A stretch of 64,000 nt of DNA, taken from positions 902,194-966,193 of the forward strand of contig NC_069005.1 of NCBI RefSeq assembly GCF_001194135.2, written 5' to 3'. The DNA comes from Octopus bimaculoides (taxonomy: Eukaryota). The translations under genes and the position numbers were made by a program. Every line of letters begins with the position of its first letter. The first letter of the stretch is position 1. This document shows positions 55,250 through 64,000 of the stretch, in pieces. The notes beneath the pieces were generated by a model. It was not told where the DNA came from. It worked only from the letters and a program-made list of their open reading frames with translations, and did no database searches.

Positions 55250-55461
55250 TCTTGTCAAACACTAATGAAGAACAGGGATCTGTAACTGAAGAATCAGATT
55301 TAGCCAGGAATGAAGATGTCAGCTCTGATTTGATGCCAACCCAGTGGCAATCGGAAACCTTAAAGACAACCGTGTCCCAGCCTTGCCCTCCACCTGGCTC
55401 TCCTACAAAGCAGAGATACATATCAGCCTCACTGCATGGCCAAGCAAGGAATACACTCTGG
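55250..55461 (+). CDS. Ankyrin-repeat protein exon (disordered tail); 212 nt, phase 1-0
   Basis: Acceptor ttttcgttcttttgcag and donor TGG|gtaagt. Encodes (V)LSNTNEEQGSVTEESDLARNEDV...PCPPPGSPTKQRYISASLHGQARNTLW. Confidence 0.88.
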
Positions 55462-56229
55462 GTAAGTAAAATCAGTTGTATTGAGGGGTGGGGGAGTGAT
55501 GGTGATAGTAGTGGTGCCGATGAGGGCAGTGATGGAGGGGAGGGGGAGGAGGAGGAGGAAGAGGCAGCGGCAGTGGTGGCAGCAGGCAGCTGGTTATGAT
55601 GCTATTGCCATTGTGGCTGTGGTTGTTGTTTGTTGTTGCTCTTCTTCTTCTTCTTCTTCTTCTTCTTCTTCTTCTTCTTCTTCTACTTCTTCTTCTACTT
55701 CTTCTTCTTCTTCTTCTTCTTCTCCNNNNNNNNNNNNNNNNNNNNNNNNNNNNNNNNNNNNNNNNNNNNNNNNNNNNNNNNNNNNNNNNNNNNNNNNNNN
55801 NNNNNNNNNNNNNNNNNNNNNNNNNNNNNNNNNNNNNNNNNNNNNNNNNNNNNNNNNNNNNNNNNNNNNNNNNNNNNNNNNNNNNNNNNNNNNNNNNNNN
55901 NNNNNNNNNNNNNNNNNNNNNNNNNNNNNNNNNNNNNNNNNNNNNNNNNNNNNNNNNNNNNNNNNNNNNNNNNNNNNNNNNNNNNNNNNNNNNNNNNNNN
56001 NNNNNNNNNNNNNNNNNNNNNNNNNNNNNNNNNNNNNNNNNNNNNNNNNNNNNNNNNNNNNNNNNNNNNNNNNNNNNNNNNNNNNNNNNNNNNNNNNNNN
56101 NNNNNNNNNNNNNNNNNNNNNNNNNNNNNNNNNNNNNNNNNNNNNNNNNNNNNNNNNNNNNNNNNNNNNNNNNNNNNNNNNNNNNNNNNACTAAATTACT
56201 CTGTAAACTTAAACATTATTTCAGTCATG

Positions 56230-56329
56230 ACTTGCTTCCCAGCCACATGGTTTAAGGTTCAGTTTCACTGTACAGCACCTTGGGTTCCTTCTAAGTGGAT
56301 TTGGTAGACAGAAACTGAAAGGCGCCCAT

Positions 56330-56384
<55 letters not shown>

Positions 56385-56635
56385 GCATTGCATGCATGTG
56401 CATGCATGTGTGTGTGTTTATATCTGTGTCTATCTCTAACAAAACCTGACAACCAGAGTTGGTTTGTTTACATCCATGTAACTTAGTTGTTTGGCAAAAG
56501 GAACCAATGGAATAAGTACCAGACTTTAAAAATAAAAACAAACATTGCGATCGATTTGTTTGGCAAAAAACCCTTCAAGACGGTGCTCCAGCTTGGCAGC
56601 AGTGCAATGGCTGAAACAAGCAAAAAGATAAAAGA
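56230..56635 (+). mobile_element. SINE family B copy
   Basis: gcttcccagccacatgg..gtggatttggtagacagaaactgaaag..(tg)n..gacggtgctccagcttggcagcag..gaaacaagcaaaaagataaaaga. Confidence 0.78.
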
Positions 56636-57942
56636 CTGTTGTGCTACCAACTAAAGTCATAACAGAGAATAGTTCACTCAGTCTCAGACCAACGGAAAGT
56701 ACTTTTGGCTGCCTTGGCTAAAAGGGAAGGGAATCCAGCCCTCGAAACCATGCCAAAGCTGACGTAGAGCACAATGTAGCCTTGTGGCTCATTGGATCCT
56801 ATCAAACCATCCAACCCATGCCAGCTTGGAAAACAGATGTTAAATGATGATGATGATGATGATGATGACGACAATGACGATGATGATGATGTTATAAGTC
56901 TCTTTTTCTCCTTTTCTCATAGATGTCAACTCAAACTTCTTTGAATCTGACTCTGAGTTCTTTCAGTCTCCATGTTGTCTTCCTGCAGATTGTCTTTTGT
57001 CTCTGGACTCATCTTGCTTTTATTTTCTGAAACCACTAAATTACCAATCTCTGCTGAGTGGCAAATTCTTCACCAAAGAAACACTTGACATTTACAATCA
57101 TTTGCTTGATGCATTCCCTGATGAGAATAAAGTCTATCTGGTTGTGTGCTTGCTTGATTGGTAAATGATCACGTGACTGGCTGGCTGGCTGGCTGGCTGG
57201 TGGTAGGGGTCGTTTTCATCATAGAACTGCAGCTGTCTTCGTCTATCACCATTCTACATACCATACACACCTCCATGTACACCAAACAAGTGATTAATGG
57301 TGTCAACCCAGATTAATTAAGCCAAACCTAAGCACAATGAAATAATATCAACTCAGAAATTACAAACTTAATTTGATGCTCTCCACTTTCTCTTGCCATT
57401 TACTAGTGAAATTTCTATCAAATATTAACTATGTTCTCCTTTAAAATAGTTGCTTGGCAACCCATAGTTGTCAGTGAATGGCATGAGGGGGTGGTGGTGG
57501 CTGTAGGTTTGATATTAACACGTTTATTGCAAGGGAGGTAACTAGTGCCTTCTCAAATTTCTTTTTGTCGGGCGCCCCCTCCCTACCTCACTTCCTCCAC
57601 CTCATTGTTAAACTTGCTAAAGCCACATAATTTAATTTTCATTTTAAATAAATTATTAGGCTTCTTATTGTCCAACCATTATTCAAGCTGGCTCTGAAAG
57701 CTTTTGCCATGTTATCTCACCATTCTGAGACCACTGACACCATGTTCGTTTTCGCATCTTGGTATCTTTCAGTGAATTTATTTGTTTCAGTTGTTTGGAC
57801 TGCGACCATGCTGGGGCACCACCTTGAAAGGTTTTAGCCCAACAAATCACCCCCCAGTAATTATGCTTTGTTTCCTGTTAAGTTTGGTACTTTTTCTATC
57901 GGTTCTTTTTGCCAAATAATTTCTCTTTTTCTTAATTAATAG

Positions 57943-58585
57943 GCTAACAAAGATAATATGGTGAAAAATTATAATTTGACAAATGAAGCCCTCAATTATC
58001 CAAGTACAGTTCAACCTCCAATTTTAGATTCACAGAAATCTCCCCAGAATTCAGTATTGCATTCAAGATCTCTGTTCCATAGAAATCAGCAACCACCATC
58101 AGCAGCAGCACCACCACCACCACTACCACCACCACAAATGGCAATTCCATTCAACAGTGTCGCTGCTTCCTTTCCAACACCTCTAAGAAATCTGAATAAA
58201 GAATCTTCATTTAACAATCATTCCAATAAAATTAGAAGTGATGAGTTAGCTGATGATAGCTCATTGGGGCAATTGGTTCCTAGTGCTAAAATGGCACCAG
58301 TTAATGTACTGCACCAAAAGCCACCATTGAGGTCTGCTCTTGTAGCCAGAAACAGTATTCCTCAGGCTGGAATGAACTCAGAAAATAATTCCAACAACAA
58401 CAACATCAACAAACCTTGGTCACCTAAGCATCCACCTCAAAGAAGTATAACGGCTTTAAACAACTCCAGGAAAACGATGGATCCCAAAGGATCACAGAAT
58501 ATCCATGGGGCTTCAATATCGTCCCTTTCAAAAGACTTCCTACAGTTGAATAGGTCAAATTCTTCAAATCTGACACAGAATACAG
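57943..58585 (+). CDS. Ankyrin-repeat protein exon (Pro/Ser/Asn-rich tail); 643 nt, phase 0-1
   Basis: Acceptor ctttttcttaattaatag and donor ACAG|gttggt. Long open frame ANKDNMVKNYNLTNE...APPPPLPPPQ...NLTQNT(G). Confidence 0.87.
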
Positions 58586-58707
58586 GTTGGTATATACAAC
58601 TATCTTGTCAACATTTTCACATTCTTAACCCTTTCACAATGAAATTAAATGTCACGATTATTCCAGTAATGATGTTAAATGTCTACCAAAAATAGAAGAG
58701 ATAGAGA

Positions 58708-58906
58708 CACAAGAGTGGAAATTCAAGGGAAAGTGTTAGTCAATTACTTCAACCCCAGTATTTGGATGGTATTTTATTTTAACGACCCTGGAGAGACAGA
58801 GAGCAAAGTTGGCCTTGGCACGATTTGAACTCAGAACATCAAAAGCCAGAACAAACCACCACAAGGCATTTTGTCCACTACTCTATCAATTCTGCTAATC
58901 CACTGC
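58708..58906 (-). mobile_element. Degenerate SINE family A copy with MITE inserted at its 5' head
   Basis: caaccccagtatttggatggtattttattttaacgaccc..gatttgaactcag..ttctgctaatccactgc. Confidence 0.7.
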
Positions 58907-59057
58907 CAGGGCTGGCCCTAGGGTTGCTGGTGCCCCAGCAACCTTACAAGTGTAATTTAAAAAAACTTTCACAAGGAGAAAACCTGAAAATGTAGACTAA
59001 AAAGTAGATGGTGCCCCGGGCGACTGCTCGAGTTGGTGGTACCTTGAGCCAGCCCTG
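58907..59057. mobile_element. hAT-type MITE, 151 bp
   Basis: TIRs CAGGGCTGGCCCTAGG and CCTTGAGCCAGCCCTG (14/16 match). Exact 8-bp TSD TCCACTGC at 58899-58906 and 59058-59065. Confidence 0.85.
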
Positions 59058-59732
59058 TCCACTGCCCTTCTACAAAGAAAATGATATTCAATTGATATCA
59101 CCTTTTATTCTATCATCATTTACTTGGTTTCAGATAGAATGGTCAAATAGGTAGGATGCTATTTTTTTTGGGGGGGGGGGTGAAATGAAACCAGTTTGTC
59201 TTTGATCTACTGCTCTCTCACTATCCCCTAAATAAAAAGTACCTGACCAGAGAGAAGATAAGTGAGAGAGAACACTTCTGTAGTTGCCATAGTAACAATG
59301 GGAAACCAGATTAACTGGGAGTTGTTTACATAATTTAAAGTTTGTTTAAACAATATCATACAACCAGTGAACAGGTATTAGTTTTCATTGTGACCATAAG
59401 CATAACTCCATCAGTCCACAATTTATACTTTAACAGCATGGAAAATAGACTTTAAATGTTGATGGTGTTTAAATGTTGATGAGGCTGTGAAAAAAAAAGA
59501 GAAAAAATAAATAAAATGCCTGGAGAGACAGAGTAGATGAGAGAGGAATTATTTCATTGTGTTCAAAATAATTAGTGGAGGGGAGAGTTTAAAATATTAA
59601 TGAGATGCTGTAGATGTCTGAAGTACCAAGGGAAAACGTTGGGCTGTCTCTCTTTACATACAAGGAAATGGGAATCAAGTTTCTTCAGTTTATTATATTT
59701 CATAGTTTCTCAACAACATTCAAGCAATATTC

Positions 59733-59739
<7 letters not shown>

Positions 59740-59796
<57 letters not shown>

Positions 59797-59995
59797 CACT
59801 TTACTTCACAGAACATTCAGTCTTGTTTGTTCTGGTAGCTTCTGTGAGAGCGGATAGCAGCCTGCTGCCAGAGGTCTCACAGGGTCTCTTTCCACACATT
59901 ATAAGCTTCCATGCTTGGTTGTTCATTTCCATGGGAGACATTCAATATCCAAGGACCACTCTCAAAATCCTAGCTGTCCCCAACAGAACAGCTTT
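59740..59995 (-). mobile_element. 3' end of an R4/Dong-like non-LTR retrotransposon with (TAA)n tail
   Basis: Minus strand 59995-59942 reads KAVLLGTARILRVVLGY*, resembling the R4/Dong C-terminal motif, then a 3' UTR and (TAA)n. Confidence 0.65.
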
Positions 59996-60040
59996 TACTA
60001 CTACTACTACTATTATCATTATTAGCAGCATTTCAACCAT

Positions 60041-60411
60041 CTTAATGTTCCGAGTTCAGATTCCGCTGAGGTCAACATTGCCTTTCATCCTTTGAGGATC
60101 GATAAAATAAATACCAGTGAAACACTGGGGTTGATGTAGTCAATTCACCCCTGATTACAAACTTGCTAGCCCTATGCCACAATCTCAAACCAATATGGCA
60201 GAATCATTAGCATGCTGGACAAAATGCTTAGCAGCATTTCTTCCAGCATTGCATTCTGAGTTCAAATTCTGCCAAGGTCACTTTGTCTTTCAATCTTTCG
60301 GGGTCGATAAAATAAGTACCAGTCAAAAACTGGGGTTGATGCGATCGATTATCCCTGTCCCCCAAGTTTCAGGCCATGTGCCTATTGTAGAAAGGGTTAT
60401 TATTATCATTA
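60041..60411 (+). mobile_element. Two tandem SINE family A copies (about 60041-60193 and 60195-60411)
   Basis: Two successive gagttca[g/a]att..gtcgataaaataa[a/g]taccag..ctggggttgatg units. Confidence 0.78.
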
Positions 60412-61021
60412 TTTGATGAAAACTCACAGCTTATTTTGGTGGGTACGATGGCAAGTGTCAGCTGTTCACAGCCGGCAGACTAAGGTGACACTTGTTTACT
60501 GGTCATGCTTCAAGAACCGTGAAGAATTCTTGCAGTTCCAAGCAATGCTGATTTTTGGTAGATGTTCTACCTTCACACTGCTACTTCCAAATGCACCAAT
60601 TACTATTACTATTATTATTATTATTATTATCATTATCATTAGGTAGCAAGTGACACAAACATACACACCAGTACATTCATATCCATACGTGTGCGTGCGT
60701 GCGCGCGCGCGCGTGATAGAGAAAGCNNNNNNNNNNNNNNNNNNNNNNNNNNNNNNNNNNNNNNNNNNNNNNNNNNNNNNNNNNNNNNNNNNNNNNNNNN
60801 NNNNNNNNNNNNNNNNNNNNNNNNNNNNNNNNNNNNNNNNNNNNNNNNNNNNNNNNNNNNNNNNNNNNNNNNNNNNNNNNNNNNNNNNNNNNNNNNNNNN
60901 NNNNNNNNNNNNNNNNNNNNNNNNNNNNNNNNNNNNNNNNNNNNNNNNNNNNNNNNNNNNNNNNNNNNNNNNNNNNAATACGCAAACGTGTGTGTATGTA
61001 CGTTTGGTAGTACAAACATGT

Positions 61022-61056
<35 letters not shown>

Positions 61057-61534
61057 CTTGGAACTTTTGCCGATTAAAAAATAAAGTGTGTGTGTGTGTG
61101 TGTAAGAAGTACCGAATTTTATACTGTGTATCTTTTTGTTTGATTCAGCTGTCCATGACTGTTTACATTGTAGACTGATTACATTGTAGAGTTGTCTCCC
61201 TTCAACTGTACTTTCGACGAACTAAATATTTCGCTATTAATGGCAGACAAGAATCCTTCTTCACCCTTTGTGTACGGGTGAAGGACAGAATGCCAGACGA
61301 AAGGCCCTTATGTATTTAGTTACATCTTTTTAGGTTCTGAATTCAAATTCGTCTTGGATTTACATTGCTTTTCGCTCTTCTGCTGTCGGCAAAATAAAAC
61401 AAACCGAGTATACCGATGGACTTAATCAACTGTTCCCCACTTCTTCTGCCAGTCTTACAAATCATTAACATTCTCAAACCACGACATCGATTCATAATTC
61501 CTTCTTTCTTTCTGTCTTCTACGTGTAACCACAG

Positions 61535-61839
61535 GAAACACAGACGGCTGCAGCCTGCCGAGTGCTCTTCTTCTCCCTTTGGCTAATGCTCCACCTCGAT
61601 CACAAAGTCAAACACTACCAAAAAAGCAGTTGAGGCGGAAACAAGAACTACAGAAAGATGGTCAGCCCCAGGGCAGCTTATCAGAGGCAAAACTTTATCT
61701 CTCTGCAGATTCATTAATCGCCAGAGGCCAAAGGGTGATGGAGCCATTGTCGCGACCGAAATCACCTGGTTTGGGTCCAACTGCTACTTCTGGCCAGCTC
61801 GGGGGTTCGCCATTATTAGTAAACAGTCAGTCACAGTAA
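61535..61839 (+). CDS. Ankyrin-repeat protein, last coding exon found in window; ends in TAA at 61837-61839 or splices at 61835
   Basis: Acceptor ctttctgtcttctacgtgtaaccacag|GA in phase 1. Encodes GNTDGCSLPSALLLPLANAPPRSQSQTLPKKQLRRKQE...LLVNSQSQ*. The 11 exons sum to 2696 nt (2 + 898 codons), consistent with one frame. Confidence 0.8.
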
Positions 61840-61856
61840 GTTGTTTCTTAGTTTTG

Positions 61857-62070
61857 TATCTTTTGTCTTTTACTTGTTTCGGTCATTGAACTGCAACCAT
61901 ACTGGAGCATCACCTTGAAAGGTTGTAGTCGAACACTTCCCCCACAGTATTTTTAAGTCTGGTACTTTGTTCCACTGATTGCAAAGGTATAGGGAAGTAA
62001 TCAAACCAACACCAGTTGACAAGCAGTGTGTGTGTGGTGGAGGAGAATAAACACAAAGACACATACATGC
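61857..62070 (-). mobile_element. SINE family B tail segment running into the terminal satellite
   Basis: tcttttacttgtttcggtcattgaactgcaaccatactggagcatcacc..gacaagc..aaacacaaagacacatac. Confidence 0.72.
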
Positions 62071-62169
62071 ATACATACATATGCATCATACATGCATGCA
62101 TGCATACATACATATATACATAAATACACATACATATGCATACATACATGCATGCATATATACATATAT

Positions 62170-64000
62170 AGTGCATACATACATACGTATGTGCGTACGG
62201 ACGGACGTAGGTATGTACGTACGTACGTATGTACATACATACGTATGTTCGTACGTACGTACGAACGTATGTATGTACGTATGTACGCATGTACTTTCGT
62301 AAGTAGGTATGCACGAACGATCGTTGGAACGTACGTACGTATGAATAAAAGAACGAACGAAGGNNNNNNNNNNGTACGTAAGTACGTACAAACGAACGAT
62401 CGTACGTAGGTACGTACATACGAAACAACGAAGGAACTAAGGACCTAACGAACGATCTAACGAACGAATTTCGAATGTACGTACGTAAATGCGAACGAAC
62501 GAACGTAAATAGGAGCGTACGATATAACGAACGTACGTACGAAGATCGAACGAACCAACGAACGTACGTACGAACGAACGATCGGAGGTACGAACGAACT
62601 AACGACCGAACGAAAGAACGAACGTACGTAATTAAGTACAAACGAACGATCGTACTTACATACGAACGAACGAAGGATCTAACGAACGAACGTCCGTACT
62701 TACATACGTACGAACGAACAAACGTACGTACGTACGTACGTACATACGTCGGATGGAACGAACGAACTAACGAAAAAACGAACAAACGAAAGAAATAGCG
62801 AATGAACTTACGTACGTACGAACGACCGAACGAACGAACAAACGACCGAACGAAGGTACGTAAGTATGAACGAACGNNNNNNNNNNNNNNNNNNNNNNNN
62901 NNNNNNNNNNNNNNNNNNNNNNNNNNNNNNNNNNNNNNNNNNNNNNNNNNNNNNNNNNNNNNNNNNNNNNNNNNNNTACGTTCGTTTCTTCATTCGTTCC
63001 TTCTTTCGTGCATTCGTACGTACGAAGGCACGTTCGTTCGTTCCTTCTTTTATTCGTACGTACGTACGTACTTTCCAACGATCGTTCGTTCGTTCATGCG
63101 TACTTACTTACGAACTTACATACGTACGTACGTTCGTTCGTTCTTTCGTGGATTCGTACGTACGTACGTTCGTTCGTTAGTTCGTTAGTTCGTTCGTTCG
63201 TTCGTACGTACGTACCGTCGTTCGTTCGATCTTTCGTTCTTTCGTTCGTACGTACTTACGTACGTTTCTTCGTTCATTCAGTCGTGGTTTCGTTCATTAC
63301 GTACGTTCGTTCGCTCGTTCGTTCGATCGATCGTACATACGTAATTCCGTACGTACGTTCTTTCTTTCATTCGTTCGTTCGTTCGTACGTACGAACATAC
63401 GTTCAGTTGTTCGTTCGTTCTTTCGGTCGTTCGTACGTACGTATGTAAGTATGTTCGTTCTTTCGTTCATACTTAACTACATAGGTACATACGTACGTAT
63501 ATACGTTCGTTCGTTTGGACGTACTTACTAGCGTACGTTCGGTCGTTCGCTCAGTCGTTCGTACGTTCGTGTGTACGTACGTTCATTCTTTCGTTCGTAT
63601 ATACGTTCGTTCGTGCATTCGTACGTACGTACATACGTTCGTACGTTCGTNNNNNNNNNNTTCGTGCATTCGTACGTACGTACATACGTTCGTACGTTCG
63701 TACATACGTACGTATGTACGTAGGTTCATTCGTTAGTTCGTTCGTCCTTAAGTACGTTCGAACGTACGTTCGTTCTTTCGTTCGTTCGTTCGTTCGTTCG
63801 TGGTTTCGTTCATTCGTACGTACGTTCGTTCTTTCGTTCGTACGTATGTTCGTTCGTTCGTTCGTTCGGTCGGTCATTCGTACGTACGTATGTACGTATG
63901 TTCTTTCGTTCGTTCATTCGTTCGTTCGTCCGTTCGTCCGTTCGTATGTACGTGCGAACGCGCGTACGTTCGTTCGTTCCTTCTTTCTTTCATTCGTATG
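62170..64000. repeat. CpG-periodic tetranucleotide satellite (TACG/AACG on the left, TACG/TTCG on the right)
   Basis: 4-bp periodic CG over about 1.8 kb; strand polarity flips across the 100-N gap at 62877-62976. Confidence 0.9.

Noticed and set aside
61258-61290. Hairpin CTTCACCC...GGGTGAAG as a Helitron 3' end
   Set aside because: Only an 8-bp stem, with no CTRR terminus downstream.
63610-63701. Identical 41-nt sequence on both sides of a 10-N gap
   Set aside because: Typical overlapping contig ends, i.e. an assembly artefact rather than a real duplication.

Overview
AT-rich, microsatellite-dense eukaryotic genomic DNA from a gapped draft assembly (about 14 N-gaps). The repeat landscape looks like an Octopus-type cephalopod genome, which is an inference and was not verified. 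The window is dominated by one + strand multi-exon gene for an ankyrin-repeat protein. I reconstructed 11 GT-AG exons (8370-61839) whose phases join into one open frame of about 898 codons. It has 8 ankyrin repeats in an ANKRD55/inversin-like arrangement, then a long disordered Asn/Thr/Pro/Ser-rich tail; the start codon exon was not found. Its 34.6-kb intron (8499-43057) holds an antisense 265-codon ORF (27009-26212) with its own splice acceptor and no domain I recognise, a candidate nested orphan gene. The rest is intronic: two tRNA-derived SINE families, RTE and R4/Dong LINE fragments, two Tc1/mariner relics, a hAT-type MITE, minisatellites, and a CpG-periodic tetranucleotide satellite that switches strand across a gap at the right end (62170-64000). 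Repeat boundaries are approximate and all family names come from remembered motifs, not database searches.
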